Positions 54,528 to 64,000 of a stretch of DNA of 64,000 nt are shown here, piece after piece. Every line of letters starts with the position of its first letter. The first letter of the stretch is position 1. The notes under the pieces were generated by a model, which worked only from the letters and a program-made list of their open reading frames with translations, did no database searches and was not told the origin of the DNA. The translations under genes and the position numbers were made by a program. Source of the stretch: a virus; IMG/VR virus record IMGVR_UViG_3300020438_006740, positions 2,919 through 66,918 of that record; one strand, 5' to 3'.

Positions 54528-55508
54528 TTAGCTATCACAGACTAAGTCTAGCAAATCATACTCATACATTTCTTTTAGAAGAGACTTCCATGAGTACATC
54601 GGACTCCACCCCAACTCTTCCATTATTTTTTTGGGATTTCCCAGTAAAAACGGAACCTCTGATGGCCTCATAAACCTTTCGTCTACCTCATAGACCTCTT
54701 CTGGATCTAGATCGGCTAGAGCGCACACATATTCGAGCATCTCAAGAATAGTCGCCCCGGCACCTGTGGCAACAAGATAATCCTCCGCCCTCTCAGTCTG
54801 CAGCATCATCCACATGGCTCGTACATAGTCCTTGGAGTGGCCCTCATCTCTGAATGCCGCAAGATTGCCCATCTTGAGGGTCTCTTGAAGGCCAAGTTTA
54901 ACCGAAGCAACCCCTCTGGTTATTTTTCTAGTAGCAAAATCGAAGCCTCTTCTTGGCGAAGAGTGGTTGTGAAGGATGCCGTTGCAAGCAAATAAACCGT
55001 AAGCTTCTCGGTAATTTTTTACAGCCCAAAAAGAAGCTAGTTTTGCCACCCCATATGGAGACCTAGGGTGGAACGGAGAGCTTTCGTCATAACCTTCTTT
55101 TGGACAAGTCAATCCACCAAATAATTCAGATGTAGAAGCTTGGTAAAATCGAGTATAAGGCGATATTTGACGAATCATTTCTAGCTGGCCTATGACGGCT
55201 CTGGCATCCACATCAAAGGTGGATAAGGGCTCTCTAAATGATTGTCCAACGTGACTCATTGCGGCCAAATTATACCATTCATGCGGCTTATAATCATATA
55301 GAACCCTTGAGATGAGAGTCTGATCCGTTATGTCACCTTCAAATAATTTAAAATTTTTGTTGCCAAGCAGATGATCGATGTTCATATACTTAACAAGGGT
55401 TCCATGCCTAAGGGTAAGGCCTACTACCCTATATCCTTTTTCTAGGAGGAGTTCTGCTAAATAACTTCCATCCTGGCCTGCGACTCCAGTAATTACCGCT
55501 GTTAACAT
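54528..55508 (-). CDS. gmd: GDP-mannose 4,6-dehydratase
   Basis: ITGVAGQDGSYLAELLL, YQASTSELFG, PRSPYGVAK and TRKIT motifs. Confidence 0.95.
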   Translation of the reverse strand: MLTAVITGVAGQDGSYLAELLLEKGYRVVGLTLRHGTLVKYMNIDHLLGNKNFKLFEGDITDQTLISRVLYDYKPHEWYNLAAMSHVGQSFREPLSTFDVDARAVIGQLEMIRQISPYTRFYQASTSELFGGLTCPKEGYDESSPFHPRSPYGVAKLASFWAVKNYREAYGLFACNGILHNHSSPRRGFDFATRKITRGVASVKLGLQETLKMGNLAAFRDEGHSKDYVRAMWMMLQTERAEDYLVATGAGATILEMLEYVCALADLDPEEVYEVDERFMRPSEVPFLLGNPKKIMEELGWSPMYSWKSLLKEMYEYDLLDLVCDS

Positions 55509-55511
55509 TAT

Positions 55512-56441
55512 TTACCCCAAGTACCAATCGATGGTTTCTTTTAGTCCACGCTCAAAAGTCCAGCCCGGACTATATCCAATAAGTTTTTTTGCAGCGGAAA
55601 TATCCGCTTGAGAAGAAAATACATCTCCTGGGCGCTCAACCTCATAAATAGGATCTTTGCTACAAATAAATTTGCGCAAGTTATTTACTGTAATTCTTCC
55701 ACCACAACCAATATTTACAACTTCACCAGATAATTTATTCGGAGCATTTGCAGCAAGAATGTTTGCTTCTACAGCATTTTTTACATAACAAAAATCTCTA
55801 AACTGCTCTCCTGTTCCAAATATCTTTGGTTGCATCCCTCTTTTTTCTGCATCTGCAAAAGCAGCAATAACAGCAGCATAAGCAGAGTTGGACCTCTGCC
55901 TTGGTCCAAAGATATTAAAATATCTTAAAGATATTGCTTCTAGCCCATATAAGTCTGAGAATAATTTACAATATTTCTCTACAACAAGCTTTTGAAGAGC
56001 ATATGGAGACTTTGGATTTGGAGGCTCAGACTCTGATGTTGGTAGATTTTCGCTGCCACCATAAATTGATGATGAAGACGAAAATACAAATCTTTTTACG
56101 CCAGAGTCTTTTGCGGCTTCAAGAAGGTTTACAGATCCGTTAATATTTGTAAAATCTGAAAAAGTTGGGTTTAAGACCGATGGTGTAACCCCTGATTTTG
56201 CAGCCAAGTGAAAAACTACATCCGGCTTAAAATCTTTAAAGATAGAATTAATTCTGGAATCCGTTATAGATATTTGTTTTCCAGTATAATGAGGGCTCTT
56301 AATATGCTGTTCATATGTTGATTGAAGCCCAGAAGACATATCGTCTACGCCTAACACTTGAACTCCATTTGCAAGAAGAGCATCCGTTAGATGCCCTCCA
56401 ATAAAACCCTCAGACCCTGTAACTATTGCTTTTTTAAACAT
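55512..56441 (-). CDS. NAD-dependent nucleotide-sugar epimerase (WbpP/GalE-like)
   Basis: TGSEGFIG, SSSSIYG, YALQK, LRYFNIFGPRQ and RDF.YV motifs. Confidence 0.9.
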   Translation of the reverse strand: MFKKAIVTGSEGFIGGHLTDALLANGVQVLGVDDMSSGLQSTYEQHIKSPHYTGKQISITDSRINSIFKDFKPDVVFHLAAKSGVTPSVLNPTFSDFTNINGSVNLLEAAKDSGVKRFVFSSSSSIYGGSENLPTSESEPPNPKSPYALQKLVVEKYCKLFSDLYGLEAISLRYFNIFGPRQRSNSAYAAVIAAFADAEKRGMQPKIFGTGEQFRDFCYVKNAVEANILAANAPNKLSGEVVNIGCGGRITVNNLRKFICSKDPIYEVERPGDVFSSQADISAAKKLIGYSPGWTFERGLKETIDWYLG

Positions 56442-56459
56442 ATTAATCTCAACTTTATA

Positions 56460-57275
56460 TTACTTAAGCTTGCACTCTCTCATTGAATTTCTTTCTCTTA
56501 TGCAAGCATCAAGAACATCGTGTGGAGATCCTGCTGTTTTCATAAGATGGTTAAGAGCATTAGTGTCTTTGGGGAAGCACGCCCCTCCGTAGCTTATTTG
56601 GCCGTCAGGACCGGGTACAAAGGTATGCATGGGGTTGATCCAGTCATTGGACAGCATAAGCTCTTTAACGCGCTCATAATCGACTCCAAGCTTTTGACAG
56701 AGCAGATAGAATTCATTAAAAATTTGCACCTTCATTGCATAGAAGTTGTTGCAAAATAACTTCATAGACTCTGACTCCCTAGAGGTGCATATAGAAACTT
56801 TTGCACTAGGGTAACTTTCAGAAAAAAATTGTCCTAATTCTTGAGCCATAGCTAAAGAGTTGTTTAGATCTTCGTTATATCCCAAAACTATATGAGTCTG
56901 ATTATGAAAATCTTCATCCGCTGTTCTTGCGGTTAAAAACTCAGGATTATGACACATAAAAAGGTTTTTAAATTGCTTATTTAGCCTTTCTGTTGTTCCG
57001 GGCTCGACAGTACTTTTTAGGATAACTAAACCGGAATAATTATTTCTAGATAAAAACTTAAGATTTTCTAGAATTGCCGATAAATCAAAGCCATGACCTT
57101 CTACATAAGGTGTTGGAAGACAGAGAAATAAAAAGTCTGACTTAAGAACATCTTCTGGCCGACCAATCTCTTGGTATTTATCATAAATCAAAGAACAATA
57201 GCCCTTTTGGCTTAGGGATCTGCTTAGAGCGCCCCCGACGAATCCGTACCCAATTTGTGCTACAACCTTTTTCAT
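56460..57275 (-). CDS. UDP-glucose/GDP-mannose 6-dehydrogenase family, short form
   Basis: GYGFVG, CLPTP, KSTVEPGTT, NPEFL and YGGACFPKD motifs; no C-terminal domain. Confidence 0.88.
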   Translation of the reverse strand: MKKVVAQIGYGFVGGALSRSLSQKGYCSLIYDKYQEIGRPEDVLKSDFLFLCLPTPYVEGHGFDLSAILENLKFLSRNNYSGLVILKSTVEPGTTERLNKQFKNLFMCHNPEFLTARTADEDFHNQTHIVLGYNEDLNNSLAMAQELGQFFSESYPSAKVSICTSRESESMKLFCNNFYAMKVQIFNEFYLLCQKLGVDYERVKELMLSNDWINPMHTFVPGPDGQISYGGACFPKDTNALNHLMKTAGSPHDVLDACIRERNSMRECKLK

Positions 57276-57282
57276 AATAAAC

Positions 57283-58200
57283 CTAATAATTAAAATTTGT
57301 TTTAGACGACCGAATGTCTTTTACTATACTTAGAGACGCCATTGCATCTTCAAGGCCAAAACCATTTCCTGCCAAGATATTATTATATGTTACCGTATGA
57401 AGATCCGTAAATCCACTGCTAAATTCAAATTCTTTATTGTCAATAAGCAGTGATCTATATGCCCTTTGCCCTTTTTGTTTGCAATATTCAGGAAGGTCTC
57501 TTGAGTCTATGCTCAAAGACCATCTTACTTTGGCAGATTCCAAATCTAAAATTCCAGATATTTTATAATCTGTTTTTTCAAAAATATTTAAAGATAATGG
57601 ATTGCCAAAAATCCATATTAACATATCAAAAAAGTGTATTCCTATATTTGCGGCAAGGCCTCCAGATTTAGAAGGATTACCCTTCCATGAGTGCAGATAC
57701 CATTTGCCGCGAGATGTTATATAGTTTAAATCAATGTTTATTTTTTTACTGTTACTTTTATAATATTCTTTTAGTTCTAAAATTTTTTTATGATATCTAA
57801 GCTGCAAAACTGTATAAACTTTTTTGCCAAATTCTTCTTCTAATTCTTTTAAATATATAATGTTTTTTGGATTAATAATTAATGGTTTTTCACAAATAAC
57901 ATTGCAATAATTTCTAAGACCCAATCTTATATGTGAATCATGAAGGTAGTTTGGAGAACAGATGCTTAAATAATCAATTTTGTCATTTGTTTTTGATAAC
58001 TTATGAATATGTCTATCAAACCTTTCTACTTCAGTAAAAAAAGATGCATTTGGAAAATAAGAATCAATAATTCCAACAGAATCGTTAGGGTCCATAGCTG
58101 TAACTAGGTCGTTTTCAGTATCCTTAATTGCAGCCATATGTCTTGGCGCAATATATCCAGCAGCACCAATCAAGGCGAATTTACTCATCTTTTTTACCAA
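57283..58200 (-). CDS. wbpB: Gfo/Idh/MocA oxidoreductase, WbpB/WlbA-like
   Basis: FALIGAAGYIAPRH, SICSPNYLHDSH, SWKG...KSGG...NIGIHFFD and EFSSGFTDLH motifs. Confidence 0.9.
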   Translation of the reverse strand: MVKKMSKFALIGAAGYIAPRHMAAIKDTENDLVTAMDPNDSVGIIDSYFPNASFFTEVERFDRHIHKLSKTNDKIDYLSICSPNYLHDSHIRLGLRNYCNVICEKPLIINPKNIIYLKELEEEFGKKVYTVLQLRYHKKILELKEYYKSNSKKINIDLNYITSRGKWYLHSWKGNPSKSGGLAANIGIHFFDMLIWIFGNPLSLNIFEKTDYKISGILDLESAKVRWSLSIDSRDLPEYCKQKGQRAYRSLLIDNKEFEFSSGFTDLHTVTYNNILAGNGFGLEDAMASLSIVKDIRSSKTNFNY

Positions 58201-58591
58201 TTACTCTCGCCGGATTACCGGCAACAATAGTGTTTTTTTCAACATTTTTTGTAACAACAGCTCCAGCGCCAATAACGCTGCCTTCGCCAATAATCAAATT
58301 TGGCAAAATAGTTGCGTTAGCACCGATTGAAACGCCATCCTCAACAATCGTCGGCGGCAGAGACCTCCAAGCACCTTTAGATGGAGCTTTTTTATCATTT
58401 GTAAAAACAACATGTGGACCAATAAATACATTGTCGTTTATAACAACATTTTCAGGTATAAATGCAGAGCACCCTACAGAGCAGTTATTGCCAATAACTA
58501 CATTTTTACCTACTTCAGCAAAAGCCCCAACTTTTGTAGAGTCTCCTATTTTTGCAGAATCATATATGTTTGCCATTTTGTGTATCATCAA
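58181..58591 (-). CDS. hexapeptide-repeat N-acetyltransferase, WbpD/WlbB-like
   Basis: VFIGPHVVFTND, GANATIL, GAGAVVTK and GNPAR motifs. Confidence 0.85.
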   Translation of the reverse strand: MMIHKMANIYDSAKIGDSTKVGAFAEVGKNVVIGNNCSVGCSAFIPENVVINDNVFIGPHVVFTNDKKAPSKGAWRSLPPTIVEDGVSIGANATILPNLIIGEGSVIGAGAVVTKNVEKNTIVAGNPARVIGKKDE

Positions 58592-59657
58592 AAAACTCCT
58601 TTATTTTTTCAACAACATATTTTCTTTCTTCCTCTAATAATCCTGGATAAATTGGTAAAGACAAAACTTGTTTGCATCTTTTTTCAGTTTCGGGCAAGCT
58701 ATATGTGTCTTTAAATATCTTAGAGCTATAATGAAGAGGGATAGGGTAATAGATAGCATTTCCTATCTTGTTTTTATCTAAATGTTTTTTTAACTCATTT
58801 CTATTCTTAGTTATTATGGTATACTGGTTCCAGGAGTGATTTTTGCCACCCCTAGGTAGGATTAGGTCGCCTATGCCCTCCAACTCTTGGCTGTAAAAGT
58901 TTGCGTTATCTCTTCTTTTATCTATCCACAAGTCAACTCTATCCAGCAAAATATTCAAGAAACCTGCTTGAATTGTATCTAGCCTAAAATTACCACCCAG
59001 TAATTCATAATTATACTTTATAGATGATCCATGTGATCTTATTATTTTTATCTTTTCAGCAAAATCACTGTCGTTAGTCGTTACTGCACCACCATCTCCT
59101 AAGCATCCGATGTTCTTTGCTGGAAAAAAGCTATATGCTGATGCTAAACCAAATTTTCCACAGCCAGAGCCGTATGATTGAGCGCAATCTTCAATTAAAA
59201 AAGCACTCTTTTCATCACATAGCTTTTTTAATTCAGACAAATCTTCACACTCTCCAAAAAGATGAACAAACAATACACCTTTGGTATTGCTTGTCCAAGC
59301 TGACCTGATACCATCAATTGATGGATGAAAAGAGTCTCTTGATATATCTGCAAAAACCGGCTTTAGTCCGGCGCGGGCTATTGATGATGCAGAAGCAACA
59401 AATGTAAATGACGGAACTATTATTTCACTACCAGGCTCTAAATCAAGCGCCATAAAAATGGAAAGAAGCGCGTCTGTTCCACTTGACATGCTGATTGTGT
59501 GTCTTGCGCCTACTTTTGTTGAAAAATTTTCTTCAAAAGAAAATACATCTGACCCCATTATAAACTTGCAATCCTCTAGGTTTAAATCAAAAGACTTTTT
59601 TAGTTGATTTACGCTGGGCTTTAAAACTCTTTTTAAGTCAAATAATTTTACATTCAT
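58560..59657 (-). CDS. DegT/DnrJ sugar aminotransferase, WbpE/WlbC-like
   Basis: SGTDAL, VHLFG, IEDCAQS, SFFPAKNIGCLGDGG, NFRLD and LSLPIYP motifs. Confidence 0.92.
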   Translation of the reverse strand: MNVKLFDLKRVLKPSVNQLKKSFDLNLEDCKFIMGSDVFSFEENFSTKVGARHTISMSSGTDALLSIFMALDLEPGSEIIVPSFTFVASASSIARAGLKPVFADISRDSFHPSIDGIRSAWTSNTKGVLFVHLFGECEDLSELKKLCDEKSAFLIEDCAQSYGSGCGKFGLASAYSFFPAKNIGCLGDGGAVTTNDSDFAEKIKIIRSHGSSIKYNYELLGGNFRLDTIQAGFLNILLDRVDLWIDKRRDNANFYSQELEGIGDLILPRGGKNHSWNQYTIITKNRNELKKHLDKNKIGNAIYYPIPLHYSSKIFKDTYSLPETEKRCKQVLSLPIYPGLLEEERKYVVEKIKEFFDDTQNGKHI

Positions 59658-59685
59658 TAAGCACTCTCTGTTTTTTATTATTTTA

Positions 59686-60627
59686 CTATTTTTGAAACAA
59701 CTCCTTTAAACCGTCTCTAAAATTTGTTGAAAATTTAAAGCCTAAATTTTTTAACTTGTTATTGCTGACATCAAATATTTTAATATCACCATCAAGCGGT
59801 GGGGCGTATTGAATTGTTATACCTTCTCCGTACTCACCCTGAACGGCTTTTGCTAACTCAAGAATTGTCACATTAACACCTGATGCACAATTATATGCCT
59901 CACCCCTTGTTTCTTCGGATTGTGCAACAAAAAGATTAATATTTACAATATCATCAACATGAGTAAAGGAGCGCTGCTGCATTCCATCCCCATGAACAAC
60001 TAGTGGTAGCCCCTTTTTTGCTCGATCCAAAAAGATAGCCACAACACCACCTAGGTCTGGATCACATTCTTGGTTTGGCCCAAACACATGAAAGTATCTA
60101 AGAACGGTAGTATTTAAATCTTTTGTTTCAGAAAATAGCTTACAGTATTTTTCTCCAGCCAGCTTGCTTACGCCATAGTAGGATAGCGGAACAAGCGGAT
60201 GCTCCTCGTCTTGCGGGAAATATCTAGCCTCACCATAGACTGATCCAGTAGAGGCGTGAACAAACTTTTTTACATTAAATTCTTTAGATAATTTTAAAAG
60301 ATTAAATGCACCAAAACCATTTACCTCAAGGTCTCTTCCTGGGTCCTTTAGGCATATATTTTTTTTTGATGCTGCATTATGAAATACTATATCAAAATTA
60401 CAAGAACTAAAAATAGACCTCATTTTAGCCTTGTCCGTAATGTCGCATTCTTCTTCAAAAAAATTATTATCCCTAATATCTGATAAATTATATTTTTTTC
60501 CAGAAGAATAATCATCTACACTAACAACTTTTAGCCCCTCTTTTAGTAATCTTTTAACTAAATGACTCCCTACAAATCCGGCTCCACCCGTGACTAAGGC
60601 TGTTTTATATTTTTCACTTAGAATCAT
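59686..60627 (-). CDS. NAD-dependent epimerase/dehydratase
   Basis: TGGAGFVG, STGSVYG, YGVSK and LRYFHVFGP motifs. Confidence 0.9.
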   Translation of the reverse strand: MILSEKYKTALVTGGAGFVGSHLVKRLLKEGLKVVSVDDYSSGKKYNLSDIRDNNFFEEECDITDKAKMRSIFSSCNFDIVFHNAASKKNICLKDPGRDLEVNGFGAFNLLKLSKEFNVKKFVHASTGSVYGEARYFPQDEEHPLVPLSYYGVSKLAGEKYCKLFSETKDLNTTVLRYFHVFGPNQECDPDLGGVVAIFLDRAKKGLPLVVHGDGMQQRSFTHVDDIVNINLFVAQSEETRGEAYNCASGVNVTILELAKAVQGEYGEGITIQYAPPLDGDIKIFDVSNNKLKNLGFKFSTNFRDGLKELFQK

Positions 60628-60628
60628 T

Positions 60629-61924
60629 TTATTCCCCTATATTTAGATTTATTTTAAGGTCAGGAAAAAAGTTTTTATAAATCTTATTCCAAAGCCTAAT
60701 GGCATTAGCTTCCATGCTATGGTTTTGAACAACCCATTTGCGAGTGAGAATTTTTTGATTTTTAAGCTCCTCATCAGTCATCTCAATGAATCTAATCAAT
60801 TGTGCTTTTAGCTGTTTTTTGTTATTAACAATATTTAATGCTGTTTGTCCATATTCCTTGGAGTAAATATGTTTAGTTTTTGAGTTTGTCAGGACCACCT
60901 TCCCTAAAGCAGCAGCCTCAATGGCTGTATTCCCCCATTCTCCAAAAATTTTTTTCCCTTGATTTAAACACATGGTTTCAATTAAAACATCACATCCAGA
61001 GACAACTTTGAGCTGCTCTTCCCACGACCTCCTGCCTTGCTTTAGACTTCTAGTTCCAATATACTCAAATTTATCTCTATACATAGGGTCTTTTTCTAGC
61101 TCCTGGATTATATCTAAAATTTCTTTAGTACCCTTATTTTTCGGAGAGCTTGGAAAGTGCCCAACCAAAAGCTTGCTGCCCATCTTTTCAAAATTTGGTT
61201 TGATTATATCTGTTTGAACCGGATAATATATTAGATGTTCGTTTTTAGACCCGAGAGATAATAGGTCCGGACACTGTATTACGGTAGCATCGGCAAATTT
61301 GTTAAAAATATTATTTGTTAAGCTTGGCGCTTGTCGATATGTTGTTCCGCCATGCTGAACAACTACGTGTTTTCTTTTGAGCTCTTTTTCCATTCCCAAA
61401 TCAATGTATGTACTTGCAAAAAAGTGAACAACTTTAGCGCTTCTTATAAGACCTCTAAGATACTCTTTGTATTTAGCATTTTTAGGTTTAAAAACTCTAG
61501 GATATATTGTTTTTAATTTTCCAGAAAGAGCGGGATCGATAGGGGCCTGAACGGGATAATTATAAGAGTGAGCTTTACCCTTTATAATTACAACATTTAA
61601 TCCCAAAGCCTTTAGGCATAAGGAGAATCTATACCCCGTATTTGACCAATCATCTTGAGCTAACATTAACACATCTATTTCTTCGTTAATATTTTTAGAA
61701 GAAGCATAGCCTTTTAATGAATAAATACCTTTTTTAAATCCATCATACATCTTTTTATTAACATATGTTTGATCTGCATTATACCTGTCTTTAAGATCCG
61801 AAAGCATGCCCAAAGCATAATTTAGACCCTTAGACTTGACGGCATTCAGCCCTTTTTTCTTATACTCTTTAAATTTTATAGCGGCTATTTTTTGCTCTGC
61901 CGTAGTAATACTAAGATTTTTCAT
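60629..61924 (-). CDS. putative GT-B glycosyltransferase (paralogue A)
   Basis: GHFPSSP.NKGT and FGEWGNTAIEAAALG motifs. Confidence 0.65.
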   Translation of the reverse strand: MKNLSITTAEQKIAAIKFKEYKKKGLNAVKSKGLNYALGMLSDLKDRYNADQTYVNKKMYDGFKKGIYSLKGYASSKNINEEIDVLMLAQDDWSNTGYRFSLCLKALGLNVVIIKGKAHSYNYPVQAPIDPALSGKLKTIYPRVFKPKNAKYKEYLRGLIRSAKVVHFFASTYIDLGMEKELKRKHVVVQHGGTTYRQAPSLTNNIFNKFADATVIQCPDLLSLGSKNEHLIYYPVQTDIIKPNFEKMGSKLLVGHFPSSPKNKGTKEILDIIQELEKDPMYRDKFEYIGTRSLKQGRRSWEEQLKVVSGCDVLIETMCLNQGKKIFGEWGNTAIEAAALGKVVLTNSKTKHIYSKEYGQTALNIVNNKKQLKAQLIRFIEMTDEELKNQKILTRKWVVQNHSMEANAIRLWNKIYKNFFPDLKINLNIGE

Positions 61925-63322
61925 TTACACCCACCCAACTTCTTTTAAAAAGTCTTTTGACCAATTTTTTATAGCGTGATTACGCAAAGATTCTTCTGTC
62001 CATTTTTCTGGGAAAAAGTTCTTAAAAACCCTCTCCCATAACCTAAGGGCGGTAGCCTCTAGGCTGTGATTTCTAACAACCCAGCTGCGAGCCTCAATTT
62101 TTTTACTCATTATATCTTCCCTTGAAGATGTTATGAGTTCGGTTAAGGTTTTTTCTAGCCCAGCTGCCGTTCCATCGTTAATGTGCAAGGCACACTTTCC
62201 GTATTCTTTAGCATATATATGTGGTGTTAAAGAGTTTGTTACCACTATAGTACCCAAGGAAGATGCCTCTATAGCTGTATTCCCCCACTCCCCAAATGGC
62301 TTACCCCCCAACTCAGGCTTACAGGTTTCTATAACTATATCTGAGCTAGAAAGTCTTTTTATGTTTTGAGGCCAGTCAACAAAGTGTCTTTTCTTATCTG
62401 AAGATAAAGGTATTCCGTTGTAAATAAATTTATCCCTCAGACTTGATTTTTTAAGCTTATTTATAACGGAAATAATTCTTTCTGTCCCCTTGTTGATTGG
62501 ACTACTGGGAAAATGTCCTATGACTAATTTTTCAGAGTGTTTAAAGTCAAACTTGGGAGTTAACAAGTCTGTTTCAACAGGGTAATAAATTAAATGCTCG
62601 TTAATAGCACCCAGATTTAGAAGATCTGGACATTGCGCTATTGTTGCAGAAACAACCGGATTATAGATGGCATTGCATTTTTCTGGAGCAACCCTGTAAG
62701 TTATTCCTCCGTGCTGCACAACTATTTTTTTTGAAGAAGGAATTTTTATATTTTTAATCCACTGTGTTCCAAACAGATATATTACCTTTGAGTTGTTGAT
62801 TAATTTTTGCAAATCCTTATTATACTTTGCATCATTAATTATCGGAGAAGCAGGATATAGACCAGGTTGTCTAACTTGTTTTTTTGATAATATCGGAAGG
62901 GTAGGTAGCTGAACTGGATAGTTAAAGTAAGCTAAAGGAGTTCCTTTGAATGATGCCACATTTAAATCGAGCATCTCTAATGCTTTAGAAAACCTATACC
63001 CAGAATTAGCCCAATCCCATTTAATAAGCCCTAAAACATCAATGTTATTAAAACTTTCATCCCATTCTATTTTTTTCAAAGACTTACTCCTAGCTTTAGA
63101 TTCTTTTTTATACCGACTTAATTCTGTTTTGACTGCATCATAAGCCTTTTTATCACTGTATGATAAGGTCTTTGTGTACCCACCTTTTAGTTGTAAGCAT
63201 AGTTTTTCAACATCCTCTATTAAGCCTTTTTTTATTAAGCCTTTAGCCCTCGCTTTATATTTGCGAGAAATTTTTTCGGCATTAATTAATTCAGATTTTG
63301 ATATTTTCTTATTATTTTTCAT
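61925..63322 (-). CDS. putative GT-B glycosyltransferase (paralogue B)
   Basis: Same motif series as 60629..61924. Confidence 0.65.
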   Translation of the reverse strand: MKNNKKISKSELINAEKISRKYKARAKGLIKKGLIEDVEKLCLQLKGGYTKTLSYSDKKAYDAVKTELSRYKKESKARSKSLKKIEWDESFNNIDVLGLIKWDWANSGYRFSKALEMLDLNVASFKGTPLAYFNYPVQLPTLPILSKKQVRQPGLYPASPIINDAKYNKDLQKLINNSKVIYLFGTQWIKNIKIPSSKKIVVQHGGITYRVAPEKCNAIYNPVVSATIAQCPDLLNLGAINEHLIYYPVETDLLTPKFDFKHSEKLVIGHFPSSPINKGTERIISVINKLKKSSLRDKFIYNGIPLSSDKKRHFVDWPQNIKRLSSSDIVIETCKPELGGKPFGEWGNTAIEASSLGTIVVTNSLTPHIYAKEYGKCALHINDGTAAGLEKTLTELITSSREDIMSKKIEARSWVVRNHSLEATALRLWERVFKNFFPEKWTEESLRNHAIKNWSKDFLKEVGWV

Positions 63323-63342
63323 AATATTTGCTTTATATTTAA

Positions 63343-64000
63343 CTATATCTTAATCCAAGATGGATGAGTTATATTATTTTTTTTATAAAAATCTAATAGA
63401 TATTTTTTAAATTTAATATTTTTAGGATCATTATTAAAAACTCTTAGTGGAACCTTTAGGTTTTTCTTATCGAAGGGAAATTTTCTTTTTTCCATTATTT
63501 GGTGTTGACACTGTTTGTAATATTTATTTTTTAACTTATCTGAAAGCCATAAAAAGTTCTGAACAGCATCGCGATCTAAATATGGATATCTGGTCTCTAT
63601 TCCGCAGGCTCCAGCTGTTCTATCAAACATGCCTAATATATTTCTTCCATATCCCATATCAAAATTTGGCCACTTAACTCTCCAGCCCGTATAGTCTCCC
63701 TTAACAACGGAGGAGCTTGATGTATTTGGGCTAAAATAGTCGGAGTAGATTTCATCAGCGCCATGACCGGACAAGCAAATTGTGTAACCAGATTTTTTTG
63801 CATGCTCACATATTACAAAATGAGCATAACACGAATAAGCATGATAAACATCCATATATGGTTTTCCATCAAGCCTTGAATTCGATGGTTGGGAGTGATA
63901 CCCTATCCAATTTTCTACCTTATTATAAAATTTTCTAAAATTCTCTTCAAAATTATCTTCTGGATTAATATAAATATGTTTATTTCCACTGTTTTTTATA
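63343..64000 (-). CDS. asparagine-synthase-like amidotransferase, C-terminal part (5' end beyond the window)
   Basis: LSGHGADEI and GIETRYPYLD motifs; frame is open from the window edge. Confidence 0.8.
   Translation of the reverse strand, partial: IKNSGNKHIYINPEDNFEENFRKFYNKVENWIGYHSQPSNSRLDGKPYMDVYHAYSCYAHFVICEHAKKSGYTICLSGHGADEIYSDYFSPNTSSSSVVKGDYTGWRVKWPNFDMGYGRNILGMFDRTAGACGIETRYPYLDRDAVQNFLWLSDKLKNKYYKQCQHQIMEKRKFPFDKKNLKVPLRVFNNDPKNIKFKKYLLDFYKKNNITHPSWIKI

Noticed and set aside
1-64000. tRNA, rRNA or CRISPR array
   Set aside because: Intergenic gaps are short, and I saw no cloverleaf motifs or repeat-spacer periodicity; a tRNAscan/Infernal run is still advisable
1-64000. Alternative genetic code (stop-codon reassignment)
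   Set aside because: Known genes are full-length under the standard code, and TAA, TAG and TGA all end genes
1-64000. Eukaryotic giant virus or bacterial chromosome origin
   Set aside because: SD sequences, a sigma factor, def, DnaB and peptidoglycan hydrolases argue against a giant virus; fibre genes, orphan density and scattered single metabolic genes argue against a chromosome. No capsid or terminase gene is in the window, so phage origin is still an inference

Overview
This window reads as a gene-dense, AT-rich segment of a very large (jumbo-type) bacteriophage genome, coded almost entirely on the minus strand. The basis is bacterial-style SD sequences and overlapping starts, tail-fibre-like genes, four peptidoglycan hydrolases, a sigma factor and a tubulin/FtsZ-like protein; no rRNA, tRNA or CRISPR array was seen. 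Content from left to right: (1-7 kb) putative late/virion genes, several sharing an N-terminal leader ending in K-x-A, plus a partial Fe/Mn SOD, a serine protease and an M15 peptidase; (7-12.9 kb) def, eukaryote-type PMM, topA and dut; (12.9-19.6 kb) a tail-fibre-like block, a second protease and a LysM hydrolase; (19.7-36.5 kb) PhoH, class I RNR, a tightly coupled prkA-yeaH-spoVR-diadenylate cyclase-sigma factor run, DnaB/DnaC and an Hfq-like gene; (36.5-43 kb) a mosaic of small ORFs; (43-54 kb) gmk, thyX, an aminotransferase, an SF2 helicase, an amidase, a glycosyltransferase-tubulin fusion and tdk; (54.5-64 kb) a nucleotide-sugar/glycosylation cluster including wbpB/D/E-like genes. The best candidates for undescribed biology are the PrkA/YeaH/SpoVR + c-di-AMP + sigma module, the shared K-x-A leader (possible virion-cargo tag) linked to a GCTAATATT promoter motif, and the GT-tubulin fusion. 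All family calls come from motif recognition by eye; no database searches were run.
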